DNA from: Sulfurospirillum sp.
Lineage (GTDB): Bacteria; Campylobacterota; Campylobacteria; Campylobacterales; Sulfurospirillaceae
DNA: 64,000 nucleotides
Direction: 5' to 3'
Assembly (NCBI GenBank): GCA_045047115.1
Contig: JASFYR010000010.1
Span: forward strand, 32,001 to 96,000
Made by a program: the position numbers and the translations under genes. The notes under the pieces are model-generated. The model was given only the letters and a program-made list of their open reading frames with translations, ran no database searches and was not told the origin of the DNA. Below are positions 7,679 through 17,890 of the stretch, piece by piece. How positions within the stretch are numbered: the stretch's first letter is position 1; each line of letters starts with the position of its first letter.

Positions 7679-9685
7679 CTATATATCTTTTATTGGTCCA
7701 TTATGCAACATAAACAATTTTTCAAATTCTTCTTCGGGAAGAGGTTTTGAACATAAAAAACCCTGATACATTTCACAGCCCATATTCCTGAGATACTCAA
7801 GTTGTTCTTTCGTCTCTACTCCTTCAGCAACGACACTGAGTCCTAGCTCATTTGCGATATTTATGATCATATTGATAAAGAGTTTTTCTTGTTTACTGTG
7901 TTCGATATCATCTATAAAACTTTTATCTATCTTAATAGTATCAAATGGGATAGTTTTCAGATAAGACAAAGATGAATATCCTGTACCAAAATCATCAAGA
8001 GAAAGTGTAATGCCCAGCTCTTTTATTTTGTTAATAATTTTAATATTTTCATTAAAATCCGACATAAGTACAGACTCTGTAAGCTCTATATCCAGGCTCG
8101 ACGGATCGATGTTTTTTATCGATTTTTTTATTATCTCCAAAAGTCGCTTGTCTCTAAACTGTACAGCTGAGATATTTATGGATATTTTAAGATTTTTTAG
8201 TGCTGTATTTTCCCATTTTTTGAGTTCACTTACGGCTTCATTGATAATCCACTCTCCTAGTGGGATTATAAAATTGCTCTCCTCCGCCAAAGGTATAAAT
8301 TTATCCGGAGACAAAATTCCCTCTTGTGGATCTACGAGTCTTATCAAAGCTTCGCATGAGACAATTTTTGAAGTTTTTATATCCACTTTAGGCTGGTAAA
8401 AGAGTTTAAAGTATCCATTTTCCAAGGCATTGCTCATCAATTTTTGTATATGCACTTTTTCCTGTATGCGCTTGTTGAGACTGTCCGTAAAAAAATGATA
8501 ACTGTTTTTTCCCATCTCTTTTGCTTTATACATCGCTATATCAGCATTTTTTAGCAAAGTCGTGGTATCTTCTCCGTCTTTTGGATATATAGTAATACCC
8601 ATACTAGCAGTAATATTATATACAGTATTATCAAGATTGATTGGCTCCAGTAAGGAAGTTTTAATTCTTTGGACAACTTCTACAACAGCCATATCATCCT
8701 CAAAATCAGGTAGTACAACAACAAACTCATCACCACCAATTCTGGATACTATATCGTTTTCTCTCATAGCGTTCAATAGGATCTTGGAGATATGTTTTAG
8801 AACTTTATCTCCAATATCGTGTCCTTTAGTATCGTTGATATTTTTGAAATTATCCAAATCTAAAAAAATTATGGCAAATCTGCCTTTTGAGCGCCTGTTT
8901 TTTGAGATAAACCAATTAAGTTTCTCCATCAGACTAAGTCTGTTGTAAAGTCCACTGAGTGAGTCTTTGGTAGATAGTTTATACAACTCCTCCTGCTCTC
9001 TTTTCAGCCTGTCAAATGTAAAAGCAAGAGAATGCCTGATACTTTCAAGTTCCCGAATCAATAAATTATGTGGTATTTTTGTATTATAGTATGCAAACTG
9101 TCTTAATTTCTCAAGAGGATTTATCAATACTTTTTTCAATAAAATCCACATGAGGATATTAAAAATCATAAAAAATAGTAAAAAGTGGAGACCATATCGT
9201 TCAATCTTCTCAACAAGAAGTGTTTTTAGGTATCTTTTATCAATATGCACATAGCTATGATAATAATATGGATCCAGTCCATTATACAACCTAACACCAA
9301 ATGAATAACATTTTTGCCCAAATACATCTGCACTATTTATCTTCGCTATGGATATACACTCTTTTTTTCCATAAGGAAGGTTGGTAGTTCTATCTGTTGA
9401 ATATATCAACTTGCCTCTGCTGTTTATAATATAGATATCTTTTACCAAATTACTTCCGGATGTGATATTATCCAAAAAAGATACCAGTTGATTTATATTG
9501 TTTTCTTTAAGGTTTTTTTTCATAAAATGTTTCAATTTTAATATATCTGATTGAACATTGTTTTTTACAAGATCTGACATAGTATCTTTTGAACTCACAT
9601 AAAAGTTGTAAAATATTCCTGTTTCAATAATTATGAATACAAATATAGACATCAACATGAAGAATTTTATAGATATTGTCTTCAT
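7679..9685 (-). CDS. Membrane-anchored GGDEF-EAL diguanylate cyclase/phosphodiesterase
   Basis: Two TM helices flanking a periplasmic region, intact GGDEF, EAL and DDFGTGYSS. Start placed at ATG 9685 (ATGA overlap); the ORF track gives 9760. Confidence 0.93.
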   Translation of the reverse strand: MKTISIKFFMLMSIFVFIIIETGIFYNFYVSSKDTMSDLVKNNVQSDILKLKHFMKKNLKENNINQLVSFLDNITSGSNLVKDIYIINSRGKLIYSTDRTTNLPYGKKECISIAKINSADVFGQKCYSFGVRLYNGLDPYYYHSYVHIDKRYLKTLLVEKIERYGLHFLLFFMIFNILMWILLKKVLINPLEKLRQFAYYNTKIPHNLLIRELESIRHSLAFTFDRLKREQEELYKLSTKDSLSGLYNRLSLMEKLNWFISKNRRSKGRFAIIFLDLDNFKNINDTKGHDIGDKVLKHISKILLNAMRENDIVSRIGGDEFVVVLPDFEDDMAVVEVVQRIKTSLLEPINLDNTVYNITASMGITIYPKDGEDTTTLLKNADIAMYKAKEMGKNSYHFFTDSLNKRIQEKVHIQKLMSNALENGYFKLFYQPKVDIKTSKIVSCEALIRLVDPQEGILSPDKFIPLAEESNFIIPLGEWIINEAVSELKKWENTALKNLKISINISAVQFRDKRLLEIIKKSIKNIDPSSLDIELTESVLMSDFNENIKIINKIKELGITLSLDDFGTGYSSLSYLKTIPFDTIKIDKSFIDDIEHSKQEKLFINMIINIANELGLSVVAEGVETKEQLEYLRNMGCEMYQGFLCSKPLPEEEFEKLFMLHNGPIKDI

Positions 9686-10557
9686 TTGATCAAATACTCT
9701 TCTTTGTATCCAATTTTTTTGATATGAATCAATAACTCTTTTGAGGGTTTGTTTATCCATTTTATATTTTTTAAAGCTTTTATATACTCTTTGTAGCTTA
9801 TATCATTCAAAAAAGGGCTGATAATATTATATGATTTCAGTTTATCTTTTTGTATCTCACCTATAGATTTATCGATAATCTTTTTTAATTTTTCGAGTCT
9901 TTTTCTCTCTTTTTTATATAAACTCTGTGTTCCGCACAAAGCATCTATAACGATGATGCTATCCATATCCCTCGTTGAGATCACTTCTTTGAAGCTTTTT
10001 TTCTTCAAGAAAACGTCATAAGGACTGTAAGTAACTATAACAATAGCTCTGTTTTTACTATTTTTAATATCTTGCATTTTAGCTTGATCTTGATTTATGA
10101 ATTCCATCTTGTTTTCATCTATAGAGTTATTTTTTATAAAATCCTTCAAAATTTCCGAATTTATAGAGTCTATCTCTAAGTATGCATAAATTTTATTGGC
10201 TTTCTTTAGTGTATTGATATCCACATTTGAGAGTATCATATCACCACCATATGATCTGTCTATCAAAATAAGGGGCACGATGTCGTTTTGAGTGTTTTTA
10301 ATAGAGTAGTATTCGTGTTGTGTTGTTGTAACCATATCTGCTTTGCCTATACTGTAAACATCTGCAGATTCTGCCAGCGAAACATTTATAACTAATTTAA
10401 TATCCAAATCTTTCAAATAACCTTTTTTACTCGCATAAAATAAAGGCGCATACCCAATCCAGGAATTTGTAGAAATTTTTAGTTCTTTTTTTTGCGTATT
10501 ATCAAAGCAACCGCCAAAAAGAAGCACAACAGAGATAATAAGAAAAATTTGTTTCAT
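9682..10557 (-). CDS. Periplasmic substrate-binding lipoprotein (SsuA/NMT1/THI5-like)
   Basis: Lipobox LFGGC, WIGYAPL..A..KGY and DRSYGGD motifs. Start placed at ATG 10557 after GAGG; the ORF track gives 10653. Confidence 0.82.
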   Translation of the reverse strand: MKQIFLIISVVLLFGGCFDNTQKKELKISTNSWIGYAPLFYASKKGYLKDLDIKLVINVSLAESADVYSIGKADMVTTTQHEYYSIKNTQNDIVPLILIDRSYGGDMILSNVDINTLKKANKIYAYLEIDSINSEILKDFIKNNSIDENKMEFINQDQAKMQDIKNSKNRAIVIVTYSPYDVFLKKKSFKEVISTRDMDSIIVIDALCGTQSLYKKERKRLEKLKKIIDKSIGEIQKDKLKSYNIISPFLNDISYKEYIKALKNIKWINKPSKELLIHIKKIGYKEEYLIK

Positions 10558-10646
10558 TTCTAACCTCATACCGTAGATATCATATGCTATCGATATAATC
10601 TTTAATATCTGTTTAAATAATATTATATTTATAATTCCGCATACGC

Positions 10647-10660
10647 GTAACATATGTTAC
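10647..10660 (+). promoter_or_regulatory. Putative CRP/FNR-family site GTAAC-N4-GTTAC
   Basis: Perfect palindrome centred about 41.5 nt upstream of the TSS predicted from the -10 TACAAT (10683-10688), ahead of a DUF2892-Crp/Fnr pair. Confidence 0.6.
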
Positions 10661-10717
10661 ATACATTAAATGATAATGATAGTACAATGGTGGTATCTAA
10701 AACAATAGGAGTTCAAA

Positions 10718-10909
10718 ATGAAATGCAATGTAGGTGGTATGGATAGGATAGCCAGGATAGTTGTTGGTTTGGCACTAGTTGGATTTGCAGTCTATTCGGA
10801 TCAACTTTGGGCTTATATAGGTGTTATTCCATTGATAACCGGTGCGGTTGGCTTTTGTCCCTTGTATCCTATATTTAAATTTAGTTCAGCTCACGATAAA
10901 GAGAGCTAG
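10718..10909 (+). CDS. DUF2892 (YgaP-like) small membrane protein
   Basis: NVGGMDRIAR...GFCPLY signature. Confidence 0.92.
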   Translation: MKCNVGGMDRIARIVVGLALVGFAVYSDQLWAYIGVIPLITGAVGFCPLYPIFKFSSAHDKES

Positions 10910-11535
10910 TGCAAGAGCTAAAAGTCGAAAATATCTACGGTTTTTTAAAAAACTTTTCCACAGAAGAGAAAGAAAAGTTTTTTACCCATGCAAAAAAGGT
11001 ATCTTTTCCAAAAGGTCAGATACTTTTTTTTCAAGGTGATTTATGCGAAGGTATTTTATATATAGAGACGGGAAGTCTTAAAGTTTATCTGCAAAATGAT
11101 GAAGGTGATGAGATTACTCTATACAATGTAGAAGCCGGTGAGCAGTACATAGTAAACACATCAAGCACAATTTCTCAAACACCGGCACTAGGAAGTGCAG
11201 TAACTCTTAGTAAACTAAGTGGATATATATTGGATGCCGACAGCGTAAAAAAATTAATGAGAAGCTCATCCTCGTATCAGAAGTACATGTTTAGTCTTTT
11301 TTCTTTAAAGTTAATTTCTTTAGCCACACTTGTGGAAGATTTAAAATTTAAACCTTTAAAAGAGAGGGTATTGTCTTTTTTAAAAAATAAAAAAACAGTC
11401 GACATAAAAATAACCCACGAGAAGATAGCCCAAAATATGGGTACTTCAAGAGTAGTTATAAGCAGAGTTCTAAAAAAACTTGAAAATGACAAAAAATTGA
11501 GTCTTAAGCGAGGAGTTATAACTGTTTTAGATTAG
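10909..11535 (+). CDS. Crp/Fnr family transcriptional regulator
   Basis: cNMP-binding-like N-domain and THEKIAQNMGTSRVVISR HTH. Confidence 0.92.
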   Translation: MQELKVENIYGFLKNFSTEEKEKFFTHAKKVSFPKGQILFFQGDLCEGILYIETGSLKVYLQNDEGDEITLYNVEAGEQYIVNTSSTISQTPALGSAVTLSKLSGYILDADSVKKLMRSSSSYQKYMFSLFSLKLISLATLVEDLKFKPLKERVLSFLKNKKTVDIKITHEKIAQNMGTSRVVISRVLKKLENDKKLSLKRGVITVLD

Positions 11536-11544
11536 ATTTTATTC

Positions 11545-12447
11545 TTATCCCAATATGCCATTCCACGCAACTATGCTTACAAAAGATACTATGACTCCAA
11601 GAGCCAGCGTATTTATAGCCAAAATTTTGTTTAATCCGCCTTTTATCGCATAGACTGTTGCCATAGTCATTGGAGGCATCGCAACTTCCAGGAATGTTAC
11701 TTTTGCCCAGATTTGCGACATATCAAAAAACATATGCATGATACCAAACAGTATAAATGGAACCAAAAACATCTTGATAAACAGGGCTATGACATTTTCC
11801 CTAAACTGTTTCATCAAAGCTTTTAATTCCAACTTCATACCTACTATAATAGTCACAAGCGGTATCAAAGTAGCTTGGAGTTTGTCCAATATACCCTCTA
11901 AATAAGGCGGAAAATATGAGCCATGAAAATATATAGCTAGAACTATAGCAATTAGCGGAGGTGATAAAAATATCTGTTTTACAACATCTTTTTTAAAATC
12001 CTCTTTCTTACCTCCTCCCCATGAGATTATAGCCACACCAAATGTCAAAAGAGCTACAAATGAGCCTATTTGATCATATACAAGAGCATAAACTATCTCT
12101 TTCATAGAGTATAGCGACTCTATGTATGAAAAACCTACAAAAGAGGTATTGCCAAAAATAGAGACTATCATAAAAGTAGCTAAATCTTTTCTTGAGAGTT
12201 TGAGGATTTTACCTATCATTAACGAGATTAAGAATGCACTAAACATCGCTATATAACTGACTAAAATGACTTTAAAAATCACATCATTGAATTCCAAGAC
12301 TCTTATCTTTGAGAGGGCAAGTGCAGGAAGCGAAAAGTAGATGACAAACTCTGTCAACTCTCGCGATATATCTTCTTTAAGAATCTTAAAAAGATAACCC
12401 GCAAATGCAAATAAAAACACAGGCGCAATCTGATCTATCACAACCAA
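11545..12447 (-). CDS. AEC family (auxin efflux carrier) transporter
   Basis: About 10 TM segments; SLPAL, GNTSFVG, EVAMPP motifs. Confidence 0.88.
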   Translation of the reverse strand: MVVIDQIAPVFLFAFAGYLFKILKEDISRELTEFVIYFSLPALALSKIRVLEFNDVIFKVILVSYIAMFSAFLISLMIGKILKLSRKDLATFMIVSIFGNTSFVGFSYIESLYSMKEIVYALVYDQIGSFVALLTFGVAIISWGGGKKEDFKKDVVKQIFLSPPLIAIVLAIYFHGSYFPPYLEGILDKLQATLIPLVTIIVGMKLELKALMKQFRENVIALFIKMFLVPFILFGIMHMFFDMSQIWAKVTFLEVAMPPMTMATVYAIKGGLNKILAINTLALGVIVSFVSIVAWNGILG

Positions 12448-13124
12448 CTCCCAAAGTAACTTTTAGTCTCCAGCGAGTTTTTAACCATGTCCAAGAACTC
12501 ATCTCTTCTTATCTCAATCGCACCCATAGATTTTAGGTGCTCTGTTGGAATCTGACAATCTATAAAATCACCACCCAACTCATCAATCTTCGAACAAAGT
12601 GTGACCAATGCACACTTTGAGGCATCTGCTTTGGAGCTATACATAGACTCACCACAGAACATGCCTCCCAGATATAAACCATACAGTCCACCAACAAGCT
12701 CACCCTTATAGTAACTCTCCACGCTATGGGCAAAATGCTCTATATGCAAAGAGTAAAAAACATCTATCAACTCATCACTAATCCAGCTATCTTCACTATT
12801 TTGCACTCTCACATCTCTGCAAGAATGGATCACTTTTTCAAAATTTGTATCAAATCTTATCTCAAACTTTTTAAGACTCTTCCTTAGACTCTTGGAAATT
12901 TTTATATCTTTGGTTTTGAGCACAAGTCTTGGATCAGGTGACCACCAAAGTATAGGATCATTTGCATTGTACCACGGGAAAATTCCCTGCATATAAGCAT
13001 TTAGAATCCGCTCTTTTTTCAGATCTCCTCCCCACGCCAAAAGACCTGTTGGATCAGCTTTTTTGGGATCAGGAAAAGCATAGGAATAAGTGCTTAGCCT
13101 TGGTATGTATATAGTTTTTTCCAA
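12438..13124 (-). CDS. aat: Leucyl/phenylalanyl-tRNA--protein transferase
   Basis: GIFPW, WWSPDPR, GGLYG, FCGESM motifs; adjacent to clpA. Confidence 0.96.
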   Translation of the reverse strand: MEKTIYIPRLSTYSYAFPDPKKADPTGLLAWGGDLKKERILNAYMQGIFPWYNANDPILWWSPDPRLVLKTKDIKISKSLRKSLKKFEIRFDTNFEKVIHSCRDVRVQNSEDSWISDELIDVFYSLHIEHFAHSVESYYKGELVGGLYGLYLGGMFCGESMYSSKADASKCALVTLCSKIDELGGDFIDCQIPTEHLKSMGAIEIRRDEFLDMVKNSLETKSYFGSWL

Positions 13125-15311
13125 CTACAATCTTTCATATACAAAATTCAACTCGCCTTTTTTGAGTCCTATATTAACTCTGCCACCATGTCTTAGTTTA
13201 CCAAAAAGTATCTCATCACTCAGCGGAGTCTTTATCTCATCCTGTATGACTCTTTTCATCACTCTTGCACCCATATCACTGCTAAAACCCTTGTTCGCAA
13301 GGTATCTTTTAGCCTCTTTGGAGAGAATTATATCTATCTTTTTATCTCTTAACTGCTCTTGGAGTTCGTTTATGAGTTTTTGCACGATTCCTATCATAAT
13401 GTCCTCATTCAAAGGCTTAAAATGTATGATATTATCAAGTCTATTTCTAAACTCCGGTGCAAAGAAATCCTTGATAGCACTGTCTGCTTTAAATGAGTTA
13501 TCTTTTTGAAAACCCACATGCACGCCCTCTTTTGAGCCTAGATTTGAGGTCATTATAACGATGACATTTCTAAAGTCGGTTTTGACTCCATTGTTATCGG
13601 TCAAAACCGCTCCGTCAAATATTTGTAAAAGTACATTTAAAAGCTCAATGTGAGCCTTCTCTATCTCATCCAAAAGCAAAACTGTATACGGATGCTTTTT
13701 GATACTCTCGGTCAACTGCCCGCCATCTTCAAAACCTACATATCCCGGAGGCGCTCCAATGAGTCGACTTATGGTGTGCTTCTCCATATATTCACTCATA
13801 TCATATCTCTCAAAATTCACTCCAAGTTCATTTGAGAGTTGTTTTGCTACTTCTGTTTTTCCAACTCCCGTTGGACCTGCAAATAAAAATGCTCCGATAG
13901 GCGCTTCTGCATTTCCTAATCCGGCGCGAGAGCGTTTTATAGCTCGGATTAGTGCATGTATCGCCTCATCTTGACCAAAAACTTTCGATTTTAGATTTTT
14001 TTCCAAAGAGGCTATAACTTTACTCTCATCTGCGTTAACATTTCTATTTGGAATATGAGCAATTTTCCCTAAAATATTCTCTATATCCACAACACCCACA
14101 CTCTTTCTTTTGCGTTTAAGCAGGTGAAACGAAGCTCCCACCTCGTCTATAAGATCAATCGCAGAGTCGGGTAAAAATCTGTCATTTATATACTTTTTTG
14201 CTAATTCAACAGAAGTTTTTAGTACAGAGTTTGGATACTTCACTCCGTGATGCTCCTCATAACTGCCTTTAAGTCCCAAAAGAATCTTATAGCTCTCTTC
14301 AAGGCTCGGCTCATCTATATCTATCTTGGCAAATCGTCTGCTAAGAGCCCTGTCCTTATCAAAAAAATTCCTAAACTCTCCATAAGTTGTAGCTCCTATG
14401 CACTTTAATTTTCCTGAAGCAAGTGAGGGTTTTAAAAGGTTTGAGAGATCCATAGAGCCCCCGCTTGTCGCACCTGCTCCTACTATGGTGTGAATCTCAT
14501 CTATAAAGAGTATAGCATTTTGCTCACTTTGCAACTCTTTTAGTATCTCTTTTAGTCTCTTCTCAAAATCACCCCTGTATTTTGTACCGCTAAGCAATGA
14601 GCCCATATCCAAGGCATATAAAGAGGCTCCTTTTAGTATGCCCGGAATCTCACCTGCTGCTATCATTTGAGCTATGCCCTCTACAACTGCTGTTTTTCCA
14701 ACACCTGGCTCACCCACTAAAAGAGGATTATTTTTCTTTCTTCTGCACAATACCTGTATTACCCTCTCACACTCATCACTTCGTCCTATGAGTGGGTCAA
14801 GCTTGCCATCTTTTGCCAACCCTATAAGGTTTAGGCAATACTTTACCAATGCACTGTCATCTTTTTTGACATCTTTTTCTTCAGGCATAGTTGCTTGAGT
14901 TACAGCCTCTAGGATTTCGAGTCTTGAAACACCTTGCTTTTGCAATAACCATGCACTATATGAGTGCTCCTCTTGAAATATAGAAACCAACAAATCAAAT
15001 ACATTTGCCTCTGTTTTTCCTGCTGATTTGGAGTGAAGCATCATATTTTCGACTACTCGACCCAGTGACACACTCTCTATCGGCTCATAATTTTCCCTGC
15101 TTAAAACTATAGGAGAGTGTGTTATGAAGTATTTTCCAAGCTCATCTGATATCTCATCAACATCTACACCACAACTACTTAAAACCTCTCTTATAGAATC
15201 GTTTTTAAGCATCGCAAAAAAGAGATGCTCTGTTGTTATGTATTCATATTGGTGTGTTTTTACAAAATTTATAGCATCACTAAAAAGGATATTTAACTCT
15301 TGGCTCACCAT
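13125..15311 (-). CDS. clpA: ATP-dependent Clp protease ATP-binding subunit ClpA
   Basis: Two AAA+ modules (GEPGVGKT, GPTGVGKT), no ClpB middle domain, VGF loop; downstream of clpS. Confidence 0.95.
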   Translation of the reverse strand: MVSQELNILFSDAINFVKTHQYEYITTEHLFFAMLKNDSIREVLSSCGVDVDEISDELGKYFITHSPIVLSRENYEPIESVSLGRVVENMMLHSKSAGKTEANVFDLLVSIFQEEHSYSAWLLQKQGVSRLEILEAVTQATMPEEKDVKKDDSALVKYCLNLIGLAKDGKLDPLIGRSDECERVIQVLCRRKKNNPLLVGEPGVGKTAVVEGIAQMIAAGEIPGILKGASLYALDMGSLLSGTKYRGDFEKRLKEILKELQSEQNAILFIDEIHTIVGAGATSGGSMDLSNLLKPSLASGKLKCIGATTYGEFRNFFDKDRALSRRFAKIDIDEPSLEESYKILLGLKGSYEEHHGVKYPNSVLKTSVELAKKYINDRFLPDSAIDLIDEVGASFHLLKRKRKSVGVVDIENILGKIAHIPNRNVNADESKVIASLEKNLKSKVFGQDEAIHALIRAIKRSRAGLGNAEAPIGAFLFAGPTGVGKTEVAKQLSNELGVNFERYDMSEYMEKHTISRLIGAPPGYVGFEDGGQLTESIKKHPYTVLLLDEIEKAHIELLNVLLQIFDGAVLTDNNGVKTDFRNVIVIMTSNLGSKEGVHVGFQKDNSFKADSAIKDFFAPEFRNRLDNIIHFKPLNEDIMIGIVQKLINELQEQLRDKKIDIILSKEAKRYLANKGFSSDMGARVMKRVIQDEIKTPLSDEILFGKLRHGGRVNIGLKKGELNFVYERL

Positions 15312-15313
15312 AA

Positions 15314-15622
15314 CTACTCCTCTTCCACAGTAGCGCGGAGCGGAAACTGATGCTCTTTTGCCAAGGTATGCACTTGAGCAACTTTTGTCTCGGCTATTTC
15401 ATAGGTATAAACACCACAAAGACCTGAGCCCTCTTCATGAACTCTATACATAATCTCTGTCGCCTTTTGGGCACTTTGATGAAAAACTTCCATAAGCACC
15501 ATAATCACAAAATCCATGCTCGTATAGTCATCATTCAGAAGCATAACTTTGTAGAGTTTAGGCTCTTCTAGCTCCAACTCTTCGTCAAATTCACTCTCTA
15601 TCTGCTCATCAAATCTAGCCAT
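15314..15622 (-). CDS. clpS: Clp protease adaptor ClpS
   Basis: [16 protein letters not shown] and FPL motifs. Confidence 0.97.
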   Translation of the reverse strand: MARFDEQIESEFDEELELEEPKLYKVMLLNDDYTSMDFVIMVLMEVFHQSAQKATEIMYRVHEEGSGLCGVYTYEIAETKVAQVHTLAKEHQFPLRATVEEE

Positions 15623-16076
15623 TTCTAAAATCCTTCATAGCTCTTTGGGTCTCTCTTTGGGCATCTTTTCTTTTTAGTGCTTCTCTTTTATCGTGTAGGG
15701 TTTTCCCTTTTGCAAGGGCAATTTGTAGTTTCACTATGTTTTTGTGATTAAAATAGAGACTCAGTGCCACTATGGTGAGTCCATCTCTTGCTACTTTTCT
15801 CTCAAGTTTTTCTATCTCTCTTCTGTGTAACAACAGCTTTCTGTCTCTCTTTTCATCAGGTGCGTAGTGAAGATTTGCAGTATTTAGATGTGAAATATGC
15901 ATACCAAAGAGAAACGCCTCACCCTTTATAACCTTCACAAAAGAGTCTTTAAGATTAACTCTACTGGCTCGTATTGCTTTGACTTCACTGCCTTTTAACT
16001 CAATCCCAGCCTCAAACTTCTCCAGTATCTCATAATCATGAAATGCCTTTTTATTTCTCGCTACTGTCTCACCCAT
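15615..16076 (-). CDS. smpB: SsrA-binding protein
   Basis: [31 protein letters not shown] motifs. Confidence 0.98.
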   Translation of the reverse strand: MGETVARNKKAFHDYEILEKFEAGIELKGSEVKAIRASRVNLKDSFVKVIKGEAFLFGMHISHLNTANLHYAPDEKRDRKLLLHRREIEKLERKVARDGLTIVALSLYFNHKNIVKLQIALAKGKTLHDKREALKRKDAQRETQRAMKDFRNG

Positions 16077-16848
16077 ACTGTTTTTTTACCTTCAATCTAA
16101 AAAAACTGCTTCCGCTTCCGCTAAAGAACCAGCCTTGTTTTCTGTATTTTTGTATCTCTTTATCTACTTTCAGAGCAGCTTTCAACAGGTCATTTAGTTC
16201 TATATCGCTATATGTTTCCAGCAACTCATAAGAATTCATCTTTGACATTTTATCAGCTAAAACTAAATCAACACTATAATCATCCCTAAATACTCTGTAA
16301 ATTTTACCTGTATCGCACTTTATAGGTGGCGTAGAGATCTCTACATGCAGAGACTCTTCGTCAATCTTCTCTATCACTTCTCCTATGCCTCTGACATTCG
16401 CACTTTTATAACCATAAACAAAAAAAGGCACATCCGCTCCCGCGCTCAAGCCCATTTTTGCCAGTTCTTTTGGGTTTAAACCTAAGTTTAACTCGTTATT
16501 TACCACTCTTAAAAAAGTAGCAGCATCGCTACTGCCTCCGCCCAGACCTGCAAATGAGGGTATATGTTTGCATACATGTAGAGCCTTTTTGTTAAACAAC
16601 TCCTCTACTTCTTTTTTGAAGCCTGCTTTTTTAAGAGCTTTATAGGCTTTAAAAATTGTATTGTGACTTAAATCACAGCCAAAATCACCGATCAGCTCAA
16701 ACTCTTGATTGGTTTTCTTGGGCACTAAACTCAGCTCATCAAAAAGATTTTCCACCAGGATAAATCTCGAACAAATCTCGTGATAATCACCCCTGATTCC
16801 GACAATCTTCAAAAAGATATTTACTTTTGCACAGGCTCTATATATCAT
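16069..16848 (-). CDS. ispE: 4-diphosphocytidyl-2-C-methyl-D-erythritol kinase
   Basis: [38 protein letters not shown]-kinase motifs. Confidence 0.95.
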   Translation of the reverse strand: MIYRACAKVNIFLKIVGIRGDYHEICSRFILVENLFDELSLVPKKTNQEFELIGDFGCDLSHNTIFKAYKALKKAGFKKEVEELFNKKALHVCKHIPSFAGLGGGSSDAATFLRVVNNELNLGLNPKELAKMGLSAGADVPFFVYGYKSANVRGIGEVIEKIDEESLHVEISTPPIKCDTGKIYRVFRDDYSVDLVLADKMSKMNSYELLETYSDIELNDLLKAALKVDKEIQKYRKQGWFFSGSGSSFFRLKVKKQYG

Positions 16849-17075
16849 TTTTTTAGTTTCAGGCTTAACTCGCTAAGCTGTGTTAAATCCACCTCTCTTG
16901 CGGCTTTTATATTTGTATCTTTAACAACATCTTTCAACTCTTTTCTTAAAATCATCATCTCTTTTGGAGCATCGATTCCTAGTTTCACCATACCTTTTGA
17001 AACCTCTATCACTGTTATAGTGATTTCATCATCTAGAAGTATAGACTCTCCTAATTTTCTTGATAGTATTAACAC
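16845..17075 (-). CDS. csrA: Carbon storage regulator CsrA
   Basis: MLILSRKLGESI...VKLGIDAPK...ILRKEL. Confidence 0.97.
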   Translation of the reverse strand: MLILSRKLGESILLDDEITITVIEVSKGMVKLGIDAPKEMMILRKELKDVVKDTNIKAAREVDLTQLSELSLKLKK

Positions 17076-17890
17076 AGTTTTACCTTATTTAGTATATACT
17101 TGACCTCATCATCATCTATCTCTATCAAAGATAGGTTCTCTTTGTCCACAAGCTTATAGATACCATTTTCTTGGTTTTTGAAGCTCTTTTTTTCTAGTTT
17201 TCTTCCCAACTCTATATCACTCAAATCACCTAGATACTCGTTTGTATTCATAGTTAAAAAATTGAGTGGGTTTAGCGACCTTTCATCATCATATATAAAA
17301 GCGCCCTCGCTCAACCTCTCCAAAGAACTAAGAGTTCCCTGGAAACCAAGTTTTTGAGCAAACATAGCTCCGATACTTCTTATATATCCACCCTCACTTA
17401 TACTAATCTCAAAAGTCAAAAACGGATGAACATAGTGTAAAATTTTAAAATCGTAAATAGTGCTTTTTATCTTTTTAAGTTCAAACTCAACTCCGCCTCT
17501 TGCCAAATCATAAGCTCTTTTGCCTTCAACTCTCTTAGCACTGTATTTTGGCGGAAGATACTCAATCTCACCCACAAAACTCTTTGTGACTATATTTATA
17601 GAATCCATAGAAAAAGGTGCTATCTTTTTTACGCTCTCTATCTTCTCTGTGTCAAGTGTAGGACTGTATGCTCCTATCCATAAAGTTGCCCTGTATCTCT
17701 TAGGACTCTTGTCTAAAAATCTAAAGAGTTTTGTAAATTGCCCAAATGCCACTATCAAAACTCCACTTGCAAAAGGATCAAGCGTACCAGAAAATCCAGC
17801 CTTTTTAACACTGTACCTTCTCTTTATCCCTCTTAAAAAGTAGTTAGAAGAGATGCCTTTTGGTTTGTTTGCAACAAAAAGTCTATTCAT
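17069..17890 (-). CDS. truB: tRNA pseudouridine(55) synthase
   Basis: GFSGTLDPFASG, PPKYSA, GYIRS motifs. Confidence 0.96.
   Translation of the reverse strand: MNRLFVANKPKGISSNYFLRGIKRRYSVKKAGFSGTLDPFASGVLIVAFGQFTKLFRFLDKSPKRYRATLWIGAYSPTLDTEKIESVKKIAPFSMDSINIVTKSFVGEIEYLPPKYSAKRVEGKRAYDLARGGVEFELKKIKSTIYDFKILHYVHPFLTFEISISEGGYIRSIGAMFAQKLGFQGTLSSLERLSEGAFIYDDERSLNPLNFLTMNTNEYLGDLSDIELGRKLEKKSFKNQENGIYKLVDKENLSLIEIDDDEVKYILNKVKLC

Noticed and set aside
13087..13099. TAAGTGCTTAGCC resembling the MITE end
   Set aside because: It lies inside intact aat coding sequence with no partner end; likely chance.
12438..16076. smpB-clpS-clpA-aat clustering as a novel proteolysis system
   Set aside because: Known N-end rule and trans-translation genes in an ordinary arrangement.
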